From: Nitrospinota bacterium
Lineage (GTDB): Bacteria; Nitrospinota; Nitrospinia; Nitrospinales; VA-1
Assembly: GCA_038108555.1 (NCBI GenBank)
Contig: JAYNIA010000044.1
Coordinates: 1-23,281, forward strand
Length of the DNA stretch: 23,281 bases
Reading direction: 5' to 3'
The translations under genes were made by a program, and so were the position numbers. Position 1 is the first letter of the stretch; each line of letters starts with the position of its first letter. Below the pieces are notes generated by a model. That model ran no database searches. It saw only the letters and a list, made by a program, of their open reading frames with translations, and was not told the origin of the DNA. Shown piece by piece: positions 7,376 to 17,425 of this stretch.

Positions 7376-7951
7376 CTAGTTCCATTGAGGGTTTACGGGT
7401 GCTTTAATGAGGTATTCGTAATCTTTACCAAGGGAGCGTACAACATTTGCCCAAATGTCATCTTCATTTTCCTGGAAAACAAATTCGCTGCATGCCTGCG
7501 ATGTCAACCAGCTCAAGCGGGTCATTTCTCCAGCCAGTTGACCGGCACCCCATCCTGAATAACCCAGATAGAACCGGATATTTTGTTCAGGGTTTTTAAA
7601 GCGAGTGACTAAATTATCGAGAAGCTCCCAACTCATTCCCAGATAGACCCCATCGCAAATGCTTTCCAGTTCTGGCAATGGTTCTTCTGATCGGCAAAGA
7701 TAAAATACCTGTGAGGGTGAAACCGGTCCACCAACATATATTTTTCCAGAAGGAAACCCGGACATCCCCATTCCCTCAAAAACTTCTTTGGAATTAATTG
7801 GCGCAGATCGATTAATCACCAGCCCGAAAGATCCCTCGCTGTCATGGTTGCAAAGCAATACCACGGTGCGCGAAAAATTAGGGTCGGGCAAAACCGGGTT
7901 GGCAATCAAAAAATACCCTTTTCCATATTCCTGGTTGGATGGTTCTGGCAT
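7376..7951 (-). CDS. YqgE/AlgH (UPF0301) family protein
   Basis: FLIANP.L.DPNFSRTVVLLC, GSFGLVINR, GGPV, GYSGWGAGQL and terminal P.NP.WN motifs. Confidence 0.93.
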   Translation of the reverse strand: MPEPSNQEYGKGYFLIANPVLPDPNFSRTVVLLCNHDSEGSFGLVINRSAPINSKEVFEGMGMSGFPSGKIYVGGPVSPSQVFYLCRSEEPLPELESICDGVYLGMSWELLDNLVTRFKNPEQNIRFYLGYSGWGAGQLAGEMTRLSWLTSQACSEFVFQENEDDIWANVVRSLGKDYEYLIKAPVNPQWN

Positions 7952-7959
7952 AGGATTAA

Positions 7960-8580
7960 TTACAGGTTTAAGGATTGAAGTTTTTTAAAGTTGGGTCCCA
8001 CCTTTGCCTCTTCTTTTCCTTCTGTGGAAGCAAAATTGTTATCCAGAGCGATACTCACCAATTCCGGAAACTTTTTAGAAGTAGCCAATGCGAGAATTCC
8101 TTCATCACCGATTTCATTTTGAGCCAGATCGAGATCTTCCAACTTGTCCAGCTCGTTATCCTTCGCCATGATTTTGGCCCCTTCATCCTTAATATAATTT
8201 CGGTACAGATTCAGGGATTTGACCTTTTTCAGGTTTTTTGATCGAATCAGATGGCGAACGCCTTCCGGGCCAATATCATTTCCTCCCAATTCTATCCAAT
8301 TGACCTTGGCGAAAAGGTCAGATTCAGCGAGCAATTTAACCCCCTCATCACCAATTCGATTTCCCCCCAGATTGAGTCTGCGAACTTTGGCAACCCGCTC
8401 ATCCCGGGTAATAATGGTCATTCCATTTGGGCCAACACAATAGCCTTTTAAGTTCAACTCTTTACCGTCTTCGCTCAAGGTTTCTTCGACAACTTTTTCC
8501 ATGGTTTCGCGGAGTTTATCCCCGGTGAGGGTACAGGGTTCCGCAGGTTTATATATTTCAAAATGGGTAATTGATGGCAT
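7960..8580 (-). CDS. Leucine-rich repeat protein (ribonuclease-inhibitor-like repeats)
   Basis: About six 27-aa repeats of LxLxxNxIGxEGxxxL (LNLGGNRIGDEG, IELGGNDIGPEG, LNLYRNYIKDEG, LDLAQNEIGDEG). Confidence 0.88.
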   Translation of the reverse strand: MPSITHFEIYKPAEPCTLTGDKLRETMEKVVEETLSEDGKELNLKGYCVGPNGMTIITRDERVAKVRRLNLGGNRIGDEGVKLLAESDLFAKVNWIELGGNDIGPEGVRHLIRSKNLKKVKSLNLYRNYIKDEGAKIMAKDNELDKLEDLDLAQNEIGDEGILALATSKKFPELVSIALDNNFASTEGKEEAKVGPNFKKLQSLNL

Positions 8581-8711
8581 TTGGGCCCCTTATATTTAAT
8601 GGAACAGCGTTAACCCTTAAAAATTATGAAATTAACACTTCAGGCTGATAAAATTGGTAAAATAACACCCACAAAAAGAACTAATTCGATTGTAAACAGG
8701 CTATTATAAGG

Positions 8712-8740
8712 TTGACAGAAAATCAATTATATTTTAGATT
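8712..8740 (+). promoter_or_regulatory. sigma70-like promoter for hisI-hisG
   Basis: TTGACA (8712-8717), 17 bp spacer, TAGATT (8735-8740), in an AT-rich divergent intergenic region. Confidence 0.7.
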
Positions 8741-8851
8741 TCAGAGTTTCACTCAATGCTTTGTAATATCTGTCTACAATCAGGGTGGATATTAACAATT
8801 AGGGTTCGTTTTCTTAAAATATTCAAACCGTTTTAGCAGAGGCGCAAAGGT

Positions 8852-9223
8852 ATGAAACTGGATTTTGAAAAAATGGATGGGTTGGTACCGGCAGTGGTTC
8901 AAGATGCTGAAACCGGAAAAGTATTAATGCTGGCTTACATGAATGATATTGCCTGGGAAAAAACTCTGGAGACCGGAAAAGCATGGTTCTATAGCCGATC
9001 CCGCAATAAACAATGGATGAAGGGCGAAGAAAGTGGAAACGTCCAAATCGTTAAAGAGGTTTTGGTCGATTGTGACAATGATGCCGTAGTCCTGAAAATA
9101 GAACAGGTGGGGGGAGCTGCATGTCACAAAGGTTATACCAGTTGCTTTTTTACGAAAGTAAATGGTGGCGAAAAAATAATTGAAGAGAAAGTTTTTGATC
9201 CAGATAAAGTTTATAAAAAATAA
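8852..9223 (+). CDS. hisI: Phosphoribosyl-AMP cyclohydrolase (monofunctional)
   Basis: [36 protein letters not shown] and [10 protein letters not shown] motifs. Confidence 0.96.
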   Translation: MKLDFEKMDGLVPAVVQDAETGKVLMLAYMNDIAWEKTLETGKAWFYSRSRNKQWMKGEESGNVQIVKEVLVDCDNDAVVLKIEQVGGAACHKGYTSCFFTKVNGGEKIIEEKVFDPDKVYKK

Positions 9224-9268
9224 AGAATTTACCATCAAACATCATACTAATAAGGAAAGAATTTATCC

Positions 9269-10147
9269 ATGAGCGGCAATGTATTAAAACTGGGAATCCC
9301 AAAAGGCAGTTTAGAAGAAGCTACCGTAAAACTTTTTGGACGGGCAGGATTCAACATTAGAATCAAAAGCCGTTCTTATTTCCCCAGCATCGATGATGAT
9401 GAGATCGAATGCATGCTGATTCGAGCACAGGAAATAGCCCGTTATGTTGAAAATGGGGTTCTTGATGCGGGCCTGACAGGGAAAGACTGGATTCTGGAGA
9501 ACCGGGCCGATGTTGAGGAAATTGCTCCCCTGGTTTATTCAAAAGTCTCGGCGAAACCCGTACGATGGGTTCTAGCCGTTCCCAACGACTCTTCCATTCA
9601 ATCTGTAAAGGACCTGCAGGGAAAACGGATCGCCACAGAAGTCGTCAACCTCACCACAGACTGGTTGAAGGGCCATGGCGTTACCGCCAATGTAGAGTTC
9701 TCCTGGGGAGCCACTGAAGTAAAAGCCCCTAAACTGGTTGATGCAATTGTTGAAGTTACAGAAACCGGGTCGTCACTCAAAGCAAATAATCTAAGAATTG
9801 TTGACACCCTGATGGAATCCACCACGCGGTTTATTATGAACAAGGCCGCCAGCCAGGATTCGTGGAAACGGAACAAAGTGGACCGGTTGCTTCTGATGCT
9901 GCAGGGAGCCATGGCAGCCAATGGAAGAGTGGGGCTCATGCTGAACGCTCCTAAAGATAAGCTGGAAGATATCATTAAAATTCTTCCTCCAGGAAAAAAA
10001 CCAACCGTTTCAGAATTGAGCGACCCAAACTGGGTTGACATCAATGTAATACTGGAAGAAAAAATGGTTCGGGATATTGTACCCGACCTGAAAAAAGCCG
10101 GCGCAGAAGATATTGTTGAATACCCGTTAAACAAAATAATCCACTAG
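9269..10147 (+). CDS. hisG: ATP phosphoribosyltransferase, long form
   Basis: [27 protein letters not shown] and [13 protein letters not shown] motifs, plus the C-terminal regulatory domain. RBS AAGGA. Confidence 0.97.
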   Translation: MSGNVLKLGIPKGSLEEATVKLFGRAGFNIRIKSRSYFPSIDDDEIECMLIRAQEIARYVENGVLDAGLTGKDWILENRADVEEIAPLVYSKVSAKPVRWVLAVPNDSSIQSVKDLQGKRIATEVVNLTTDWLKGHGVTANVEFSWGATEVKAPKLVDAIVEVTETGSSLKANNLRIVDTLMESTTRFIMNKAASQDSWKRNKVDRLLLMLQGAMAANGRVGLMLNAPKDKLEDIIKILPPGKKPTVSELSDPNWVDINVILEEKMVRDIVPDLKKAGAEDIVEYPLNKIIH

Positions 10148-10170
10148 TGGCGAACCGCCACTGGGTTTGT
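10146..10170 (+). terminator. Possible terminator hairpin after hisG
   Basis: AGTGGCG-AAC-CGCCACT followed by GGGTTTGT, a weak U-tract. Confidence 0.35.
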
Positions 10171-10236
10171 GTCATAACCTGTTCAAGCTACCATAATTGG
10201 TTAGGCCCCTGGAATTAGTTCCAGGTATTTCCTCCC

Positions 10237-11145
10237 ATGCAAGAAAACAAAGATCCCGACAACTCCGAAGAGAACAACGACACCCCCGAACAAGAAGAAA
10301 ACACTTTAGAAGGTGAAGAAAATCCTTCTACTGAAGACACTAACTCTGCCGAATCCGACTCTCCTTTTGAAGAACAAGAGGGTGAAGTATTAATCCCGGA
10401 AAAGAAAAAGGGTAGCGGCTGCGGATTGGTTCTATTGCTTCTTATACTTTTAGGAGGAGGCGGGACCTTCCTTTTTTATACCAATCAACTACCCCCTAAA
10501 GTCATTCAATGGGTAAAACCCTATTATCAAATGGCTGAATCGTTTCTACAGGAACAGGGGTTGCTCAAATCCAAACCTGATTCGCCCTCGGCTCAAAAAT
10601 GGGTATCAGAGGTAGAAGAAACTCAAGAGGATTTTCCCGCGTCTCAGAAAAGGTTTCCAATAGTCAAAAAGGAACCCAAACCAAAAGAAGAGCCTGTGGT
10701 TGAAAAGACACCACCCCCAGTCAGTGAAGATAAGAAACATATCAGTGGCTCGGCTTCGGAACCCGCACCCAAAACTGACGAGAAGGAGCCTCCTGCCAAA
10801 GTTTCAGGAAATACCACAATGGTTGTGCCTGAAAAAGAAGCTACTGAGGAAGAACCGGAACCTGAACCCGTTCCCGAAGAAATTGAAGAAGAAGAGGAAA
10901 TTGAAGAACCTGCACCTCCTGCAATACCTGCTCCACAACTGAAACAACACGCGGTAGTGCCGGTTGAGGAACCTTCACATCACGAAGCACCTCCTGTTAA
11001 GCATGAAAAACAAGAGGAAGCTGAAAGGAGTGAAGCTGTTCAGAATTATCTGGATTTTATTGAAGACACAATTTCAAAGATTGGCGAGTTGATAAAAACA
11101 GGGTTCGAAAAAGCCAAAGATTACTTAATAAAAAAATTAGGCTGA
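10237..11145 (+). CDS. Hypothetical single-pass membrane protein with acidic and Pro/Glu-rich low-complexity regions
   Basis: 302 aa ORF filling the gap: acidic N-terminus, KKK, one TM (LVLLLLILLGGGGTFLFY), P/E-rich linker and a helical C-terminus. Overlaps the mqnA 3' end by 9 bp. Confidence 0.8.
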   Translation: MQENKDPDNSEENNDTPEQEENTLEGEENPSTEDTNSAESDSPFEEQEGEVLIPEKKKGSGCGLVLLLLILLGGGGTFLFYTNQLPPKVIQWVKPYYQMAESFLQEQGLLKSKPDSPSAQKWVSEVEETQEDFPASQKRFPIVKKEPKPKEEPVVEKTPPPVSEDKKHISGSASEPAPKTDEKEPPAKVSGNTTMVVPEKEATEEEPEPEPVPEEIEEEEEIEEPAPPAIPAPQLKQHAVVPVEEPSHHEAPPVKHEKQEEAERSEAVQNYLDFIEDTISKIGELIKTGFEKAKDYLIKKLG

Positions 11146-11946
11146 ACCCTCATCAAAGGCGAATTCAAAGGGAAGCTTTTCTTCTACGAGTCCTGACGAC
11201 TGGCATAGCGTTTGAAAATAATCCAACCCATCCAACTCTTCCGCACCCAAGTTATAACGAATTTTATTATTTAAATAATCAACCAGTAAAGGCTCGGAAT
11301 ATCCTGTTAATCGGGCCTGGACTCGGGCAATGGTTGAGATTTTCATTAACCCTTCCTGTTTTGCCACACGAAAGATTTCTACGATCCTTTCCCCAATTTC
11401 AACTCCCTCCCTTGCAGCAATCACCGCATGCACAAAAGTTTTTCCCGTTCTCTGGTACCATTCCTCACTGAGGTCATAAACTGTAGTTCCCTCTTTTTGA
11501 AACCCTAAAGCCGGGTCACCAATGATGAGGGCGGCATCATGTTCCTGCAACATTTTTTCAGGATTGGGTTCCCCTTCCACCCATTTAAGGTCTTTCGAAA
11601 ATTCATTGCTGAACATCAGTTTCATCAATGCCAAAGAGGTTCGGGACCGTTTATCAACCGCCAGGGACTCGATCGCTTTCAGGGGGCATTTAGATACCAG
11701 TAAAACCGTTCCCACAGGACCTTTCGAGGCAATAGAAATTCCCGGAAACAGACGTAGTGTATCCACCTGTTTCAGATATTCAATGGAAGGGATCATAGCA
11801 AAGTCCAGCTTGCCTTCCTTGAGTTGTTCTGCCAAACGAGCGGGTGTGTCTGTGTTTATATCCAACTTTATCCATTCACCCATATTCCTCAAGGTAGCCA
11901 GTATGGGTTGGGCATTTATGAAATCGTGGATGCCAAACTTAAGCAA
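11137..11946 (-). CDS. mqnA: Chorismate dehydratase, futalosine menaquinone pathway (MqnA family)
   Basis: FINAQP, PARLAEQL, IPSIEY, IASKGPVGTVLL, SRTS..L, AALIIGDPAL and YDLSEEW..TG..FV.A motifs. TTG start with AGGAG RBS. Confidence 0.9.
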   Translation of the reverse strand: MLKFGIHDFINAQPILATLRNMGEWIKLDINTDTPARLAEQLKEGKLDFAMIPSIEYLKQVDTLRLFPGISIASKGPVGTVLLVSKCPLKAIESLAVDKRSRTSLALMKLMFSNEFSKDLKWVEGEPNPEKMLQEHDAALIIGDPALGFQKEGTTVYDLSEEWYQRTGKTFVHAVIAAREGVEIGERIVEIFRVAKQEGLMKISTIARVQARLTGYSEPLLVDYLNNKIRYNLGAEELDGLDYFQTLCQSSGLVEEKLPFEFAFDEGSA

Positions 11947-11960
11947 TTAATATCTCCTGA

Positions 11961-11999
11961 AAAAGAAAAAGGGATGGGGGAATCCCCCCATCCCTTTTT
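11961..11999 (-). terminator. Rho-independent terminator-like hairpin after hppA (potentially bidirectional)
   Basis: AAAAA-GGGATGGGGG-AATC-CCCCCATCCC-TTTTT. On the minus strand the stem is followed by TTTTTCTTTTT. Confidence 0.85.
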
Positions 12000-12014
12000 A
12001 AAAAACTAAAGCGT

Positions 12015-14090
12015 CTAGAGAAAAAACGGCGCCATTACCAGTGAAACAATGGACATCAACTTAATGAGGATGTTCATTGCCGGTCCAGAGGTATCTTTCA
12101 ATGGATCACCTACCGTATCTCCAACAACGGTCGCATGGTGAGCTTCAGAACCTTTACCACCCAGGTTTCCGGCTTCCACATGTTTTTTAGCGTTATCCCA
12201 AGCCCCACCGCCATTGGACATGAACAACGCCAGCAATACTCCAACGAGAGTTGCACCCATGAGCATTCCACCCAAAGCTTCGGCGCCAAGCAGCCAACCG
12301 ATAATAATTGGAGTTAAGAAAGCAACAACACCCGGTGCAATCATTTCTTTTAATGCCGCCTGGGTACTGATGTCGATACAACGTGCGCTGTCGGGCTTAC
12401 CCGTTCCTTCCATCAAACCTGGAATTTCACGGAACTGTCGGCGAATTTCTTCAACCATGGTCATAGCTGCATTTCCCACAGAAGTCATGGTCAGGGCAGC
12501 AACATAGAAAGGAACCACGCCGCCCAGGAACATACCAATAACTACATTGGTCTTGGTAATATCAATGGATCCGATATTTGCTGCCTGGGTAAATGCGGCA
12601 AATAAGGCCAATGCCGTAAGAGCGGCGGAGCCAATAGCAAATCCCTTACCAATAGCAGCAGTCGTGTTTCCGACCTGATCCAATCCATCGGTAATTTTAC
12701 GGGTGTCTTCTCCCAGTCCAGCCATTTCCGAGATACCACCTGCGTTATCTGCGATAGGTCCATAAGCATCCACCGACATGGTGATACCTACGGTTGCCAG
12801 CATTCCCACTGCAGAAAGGGCAACTCCATAAAGGCCTGCAGATTCCGCACTGACATAAATGGTCAACCCCATAATCACTACAGGGATAACACAACTTTCC
12901 ATTGCCACGGCCATACCGGTAATCATTACCGTTGCAACACCCGTATTACTGGATTCCGCGATACGAACGACTGGCTTACTCGCCGTGTAGTATTCCGTTA
13001 TCAAACCAATACCAATACCCGCAAGACAACCAAACAGTAGTGCGATAAAAACTCCTGAAGGAAGCCCCATAACCTTGATAAGGAAGAAGGCTACGAAAAG
13101 CATGGCACCTGCACTGATGAAGGTACAATTCCTTAGAGCAGCGGAAGGATCCATACTTCCCAGAGAAGTCATTGCCCGAATACCAATAACGGAGGCAATC
13201 AAACCTACCATTGCGATCATAATGGGCAGAGCCATATATTCAAATCGAAGGGTCGTCATACTGGCACCGATGACTATTGCAGCGATCATGGAACCACAAT
13301 ACGATTCAAAAATGTCTGCACCCAGTCCAGCAGTGTCACCAACACAGTCTCCTACGTTATCTGCAATAACGCCGGGGTTTCGTGGATCATCTTCGGGAAT
13401 ACCCGCTTCAACCTTACCTACGAGATCAGAACCGACATCCGCTGTTTTGGTATAGATACCACCGCCAACACGAGCGAACAGTGCGATAGAACTTGCACCC
13501 ATTGCAAATCCGCTGATAACGGTGAATGAGTCGCCTCGACCAAATAAGAGGAACAACCCACCAACACCAAGAAGACCCAGACTTGCCACACAAAGTCCCA
13601 TAACCGCCCCGCCATTAAAAGCAACGAGAAGCGCTTTGGGTTGTCCGCCGTCAACCGCAGCCTGAGAGGTTCTAACACCGGATGTTGTAGCGGCATTCAT
13701 TCCAAAGAATCCTGCCAGCATGGAACATGCCGCTCCCACTGCGTATGAGACTGCAGTCCAAAATCCGATCCATAAACCTTTTTGCATGGAAATCAAAAAG
13801 AGCAGGAGAAGAAAAATTCCACCAATGAAGTAGCCGAGGATCTTGTATTCCCTGGAAAGGAACACCATGGCTCCTTCATGGATAGCGTCCGCGATTTCTG
13901 TCATTTTTTCATTTCCTGGAGACTCGTCATCAACACCTTCGAAAAGCTTCCATGCGATGATCAGACCAAAAAATCCGAAAATGACAGCCAAATACACAAA
14001 ATTTTGCGATGCGTCAAAAGAAGCCATCACCAGATATGCCACCATGGCAAAACCAATGAAGCCAATTTCTCCTTTGTGTTCCGATAACAT
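12015..14090 (-). CDS. hppA: Membrane-bound ion-translocating pyrophosphatase, K+-dependent type, probably Na+-pumping
   Basis: [67 protein letters not shown] and [14 protein letters not shown] motifs. Confidence 0.96.
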   Translation of the reverse strand: MLSEHKGEIGFIGFAMVAYLVMASFDASQNFVYLAVIFGFFGLIIAWKLFEGVDDESPGNEKMTEIADAIHEGAMVFLSREYKILGYFIGGIFLLLLFLISMQKGLWIGFWTAVSYAVGAACSMLAGFFGMNAATTSGVRTSQAAVDGGQPKALLVAFNGGAVMGLCVASLGLLGVGGLFLLFGRGDSFTVISGFAMGASSIALFARVGGGIYTKTADVGSDLVGKVEAGIPEDDPRNPGVIADNVGDCVGDTAGLGADIFESYCGSMIAAIVIGASMTTLRFEYMALPIMIAMVGLIASVIGIRAMTSLGSMDPSAALRNCTFISAGAMLFVAFFLIKVMGLPSGVFIALLFGCLAGIGIGLITEYYTASKPVVRIAESSNTGVATVMITGMAVAMESCVIPVVIMGLTIYVSAESAGLYGVALSAVGMLATVGITMSVDAYGPIADNAGGISEMAGLGEDTRKITDGLDQVGNTTAAIGKGFAIGSAALTALALFAAFTQAANIGSIDITKTNVVIGMFLGGVVPFYVAALTMTSVGNAAMTMVEEIRRQFREIPGLMEGTGKPDSARCIDISTQAALKEMIAPGVVAFLTPIIIGWLLGAEALGGMLMGATLVGVLLALFMSNGGGAWDNAKKHVEAGNLGGKGSEAHHATVVGDTVGDPLKDTSGPAMNILIKLMSIVSLVMAPFFL

Positions 14091-14095
14091 TCTTT

Positions 14096-14653
14096 TTATT
14101 CCTCCGTAGGGTTGTTTCGTTTATTGAGTTCTTTTAGCGCCGCTTCAATTGTATGCACCGCTTTATTCATTACATCATTTAAAAGGTCCGACTCTTCTTC
14201 TTCAAAAGGGGACAACACATAATCCACAATGTCTTCCCTATTTTCAGGTCGCCCGACCCCGATGCGGACCCTGCAAAACTCGCGGGTTCGCAATGTTTCT
14301 ATTGTCGATCGAATACCCAGCTGACCGCCATCTCCTCCCTTAAACTTGGTTTTTATTTTTCCAAGCGGAAGGTCAATGTCATCATGTGTAACCAGGATTT
14401 GTTCGGGGGAAAGATTTAAAGAGGAAAGAAGCGCTTTCACCGCTTTTCCGCTTTCATTCATGTAGGTCATCGGTTTTGCAAGAACAACCGGGAGCCCATC
14501 AATTTCCCCTTTTCCGTAAAGGGAACGATATTTATGTTGAGCCAACTTTATTTTATATTTATCCGCCAGGTTTTCTATCACCAGAAACCCTGCATTGTGT
14601 CGTGTCAGCTCATAACGTGGCCCGGGATTGCCCAGGCCTAAAATTAAAAACAC
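14096..14653 (-). CDS. pth: Peptidyl-tRNA hydrolase
   Basis: [30 protein letters not shown] and RVRIGVGRP motifs. GTG start. Confidence 0.96.
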   Translation of the reverse strand: MFLILGLGNPGPRYELTRHNAGFLVIENLADKYKIKLAQHKYRSLYGKGEIDGLPVVLAKPMTYMNESGKAVKALLSSLNLSPEQILVTHDDIDLPLGKIKTKFKGGDGGQLGIRSTIETLRTREFCRVRIGVGRPENREDIVDYVLSPFEEEESDLLNDVMNKAVHTIEAALKELNKRNNPTEE

Positions 14654-14661
14654 AATTAAAT

Positions 14662-15309
14662 TTAACCGTCCTCTTTCTTCCCGGCGTCATCTTTAGATTC
14701 TGCGGGAGCCGCAGCTTCTGCACCTTCTGCACCTTCTTTACCTGCTGCCTTTTCCTTAACTTTTTCGAGGTGAACATTAACAATCACATCATTGGGATCA
14801 TTCAAAATTGTTACCGCATCTCCCAGGTCCAGATCAGAAACGTGAATGGTTTGGTTTAGTTCTACTGCTGTCATATCCACATCCAGTTTTTCAGGGATGT
14901 CTTTCGGCAGACTTTCGATTTCCAATTCACGAATGATGTGGTTTACATGCCCTCCCTGCTTTTCCCCAGGAGAAATCCCAACCAGAAATACAGGAATTTT
15001 TACTTTAATTTTTTTAGAAACATCAATTTCGAGAAAGTCTATGTGCAGCCAGCCTTGCTTTAACGGATGGGTTTGAAATTCTTTTAAGACCACGTTTCTG
15101 TTATCTGCCGAATCGCCATCTACTTTCAACTCGATCAGCACATTGCGGCCTTTGGCTTCAATCAACTTGTTCACTTCTTTTGGGTTTACAGACAAGCTCA
15201 CATTGTCTTTGAGGCCATAAACCACCGCAGGGATGCATTCATCTGTCCTTAATTTTCGAGCTGCAGACTTGCCATTTGCTTCTCTTATTTTTCCGGTTAA
15301 AACTGCCAT
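14662..15309 (-). CDS. rplY: 50S ribosomal protein L25 / Ctc (long form)
   Basis: GKSAARKLR, IPAVVYG and HPL...LHIDF motifs, plus the TL5 C-terminal domain. Start moved to the ATG at 15309, which has a GGAG RBS at 15319-15316. Confidence 0.95.
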   Translation of the reverse strand: MAVLTGKIREANGKSAARKLRTDECIPAVVYGLKDNVSLSVNPKEVNKLIEAKGRNVLIELKVDGDSADNRNVVLKEFQTHPLKQGWLHIDFLEIDVSKKIKVKIPVFLVGISPGEKQGGHVNHIIRELEIESLPKDIPEKLDVDMTAVELNQTIHVSDLDLGDAVTILNDPNDVIVNVHLEKVKEKAAGKEGAEGAEAAAPAESKDDAGKKEDG

Positions 15310-15356
15310 TCTAAACTCCAATCATTAAAATAAAATATTCTGTAAGTGAACCTGGG

Positions 15357-16322
15357 TTATTCCTGGGTCGAATCAAAAAGGGAACTGACCGAGGTTTCTT
15401 GATGTATTCTTAAAATTGCCTCTCCTAAAAGGCTCGCTACTGATAGAACTTTAATTTTCGGGTTTTTTGCCAACTCTCCATTTAATGGGATTGTATTTGT
15501 AGTCACCACCGATTTAATGGGTGAATTTGCAATACGGTCTCCCGCCGGCCCCGATAGCACCGGGTGAGAACAACAGGCATGAACTTCCTTGGCACCGGCT
15601 GAAAGCAAGGCATCAGTTGCCTCCATCAAGGTACCTGCCGTATCGATCATGTCATCTACAATAAAAGCAATTTTTCCTTTAACATCACCAATGATATTCA
15701 TTGCCTTGGCTTCATTGGGAATGTCACGGCGCTTGTCAATAATAGCCAAAGAACTATCGAGCCGTTTTGCATAGGCCCGAGCTCGTTCCACCCCGCCTGC
15801 ATCGGGTGAAATCACAATCAGGTTCTCCAGTTTTTGCGCATTGATGTAATCGATCAAAACATTAATGGCAAACAAATGATCCACAGGGATGTTAAAAAAT
15901 CCCTGGATTTGACCTGCATGCAAATCAACTGTCAGAACACGATCTGCCCCTGCGGTAACCACTAAATCAGCAACCAGTTTGGATGTGATGGGCACCCGGG
16001 GTTCATTTTTTCTATCTTGCCGGGCATAACCGTAATAGGGAATCACGGCGGTGATTCTTTTTGCTGATGAACGACGCAAAGCATCAATCATAATCAGCAA
16101 CTCCATTAAATTGGTATTGCCCGGAAAACACGTAGACTGAACAACGAAAACGTCTCCGCCTCGAACATTCTCCTCAATCCGCACATAGATTTCTTTATCA
16201 GAGAAATCCCGGATCACCGTTTTTCCTAACGGAACCTTCATGTACTCACAGATTTCTTCCGTTAGTTTCTTATTAGCTCGACCGGAAAAAACCAGTACAC
16301 GCTTGTTATCGCTGGAAAACAT
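15357..16322 (-). CDS. prs: Ribose-phosphate pyrophosphokinase
   Basis: [32 protein letters not shown] and [10 protein letters not shown] motifs. Confidence 0.98.
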   Translation of the reverse strand: MFSSDNKRVLVFSGRANKKLTEEICEYMKVPLGKTVIRDFSDKEIYVRIEENVRGGDVFVVQSTCFPGNTNLMELLIMIDALRRSSAKRITAVIPYYGYARQDRKNEPRVPITSKLVADLVVTAGADRVLTVDLHAGQIQGFFNIPVDHLFAINVLIDYINAQKLENLIVISPDAGGVERARAYAKRLDSSLAIIDKRRDIPNEAKAMNIIGDVKGKIAFIVDDMIDTAGTLMEATDALLSAGAKEVHACCSHPVLSGPAGDRIANSPIKSVVTTNTIPLNGELAKNPKIKVLSVASLLGEAILRIHQETSVSSLFDSTQE

Positions 16323-16341
16323 TCAGCATCCTTAAAAAATC

Positions 16342-16417
16342 TGGCTGGGGCGGGAGGACTCGAACCTCCGAATGCAGGAATCAAAATCCTGTGTCTTAGC
16401 CACTTGACGACGCCCCA
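16342..16417 (-). tRNA. tRNA-Gln (anticodon TTG), CCA encoded
   Basis: Reverse complement TGGGGCG..CAGGA TT TTG AT TCCTG..GGAGG TTCGAGT CCTCC CGCCCCA G CCA, in the canonical ispE-tRNA(Gln)-prs position. Confidence 0.97.
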
Positions 16418-16497
16418 AGGAGGTTTTCACCTCACCATAAACATTTCATTCCCCGCAAGGGGTTTACAAAAGGGGTAAAGACGAAAAGGCCCCTTAT

Positions 16498-16514
16498 CAA
16501 TGGCCGGGCCATTG
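16498..16514 (-). other. Inverted repeat immediately after the ispE stop, in the tRNA-Gln leader
   Basis: CAATGGCC-G-GGCCATTG, with a second small CCCC-GCAA-GGGG hairpin at 16451-16462. Confidence 0.35.
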
Positions 16515-17423
16515 TTAAAAAGCCGCTAACATTTCTTCTGGAAAAAATTCAGAAAAGCGAGTGATGCTTTTAGCCAGACACACCCTGTACTTTTCCCCAG
16601 TAAATCTGGCCAGCGCTTCTTTTGCGATTTCGGGACTGTCATAAATACCAAAAACAGTCGAGCCGCTTCCCGACAAGAGCGCACCACCAGCTCCTGAACT
16701 CAGCAGCTCATTTTTTATCTCCAAAATCTCCGGATACCTTTTAATAACAACGGCTTCCAAGTCATTATAAAGGCCTGCCCCCAATTGGGCAAACTCCGAG
16801 CGCTTAAGAAAATTTGTCAAAATGCTAATATTATTTTCGGCCTTTGTCAACTTCAAATTTAGATTGCCATAGACCCAGGGTGTCGCAATGGGGAAACCCG
16901 GATAAACCATTAAAATATATAAATTTATAGGGTTTTCTACGGGTTCCAGGATTTCTCCTTTTCCCTTTCCAATGGCGCACGGGGACATCAGGAAAAACGG
17001 GACATCTGAGCCCAATTCGGCAGCCATTTTTATTAATTCCTTTTGGGGTATTTTCAAGTCCCATAAAACATTGAGTGCCTGCAGTGTACCGGCGGCATTT
17101 CCACTTCCTCCACCCAATCCTGCTCCGGAAGGGATGTTTTTTCTAAGTTTGATTTTTACTCCACCGCATTTTTCGGGATAACGGTTTTGCAGCAACCTTG
17201 CTGCTTTGATCACAAGATTATTTTCATCATTGGGAATGCCGGTGGTATCGCAGTTCAATTCAATTTTTTCCGGGGCCGCCTCCATCTCAATCTCATCAAA
17301 CCACCCCACCATCTGGAACAGGGTCTCCAATTCGTGGAACCCATCTTCCCTTTTTCTTTGGATGTGTAACCCCAAATTAATTTTTGCGGGAGTTTTAAAA
17401 AAAAGTTTTTTTGGGGAAGCCAT
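16515..17423 (-). CDS. ispE: 4-(cytidine 5'-diphospho)-2-C-methyl-D-erythritol kinase
   Basis: PAKINLGL, GFHELETLF, KNIPSGAGLGGGSGNAA, LGSDVPFF and LSGSGSTVF motifs. Confidence 0.97.
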   Translation of the reverse strand: MASPKKLFFKTPAKINLGLHIQRKREDGFHELETLFQMVGWFDEIEMEAAPEKIELNCDTTGIPNDENNLVIKAARLLQNRYPEKCGGVKIKLRKNIPSGAGLGGGSGNAAGTLQALNVLWDLKIPQKELIKMAAELGSDVPFFLMSPCAIGKGKGEILEPVENPINLYILMVYPGFPIATPWVYGNLNLKLTKAENNISILTNFLKRSEFAQLGAGLYNDLEAVVIKRYPEILEIKNELLSSGAGGALLSGSGSTVFGIYDSPEIAKEALARFTGEKYRVCLAKSITRFSEFFPEEMLAAF

Positions 17424-17425
17424 AA

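Noticed and set aside
8741..8851. Classical his attenuator or T-box
   Set aside because: No short ORF with His codons and no T-box consensus visible.
9598..10134. 178 aa minus-strand ORF within hisG
   Set aside because: In-register antisense shadow with no recognisable motifs.
11137..11145. Convergent 9 bp overlap of the orphan gene and mqnA as an antisense system
   Set aside because: Short 3' overlaps of convergent genes are common and there is no other evidence.
12135..14109. Multiple short ORFs overlapping hppA
   Set aside because: Shadow or alternate-frame ORFs of a highly conserved gene.
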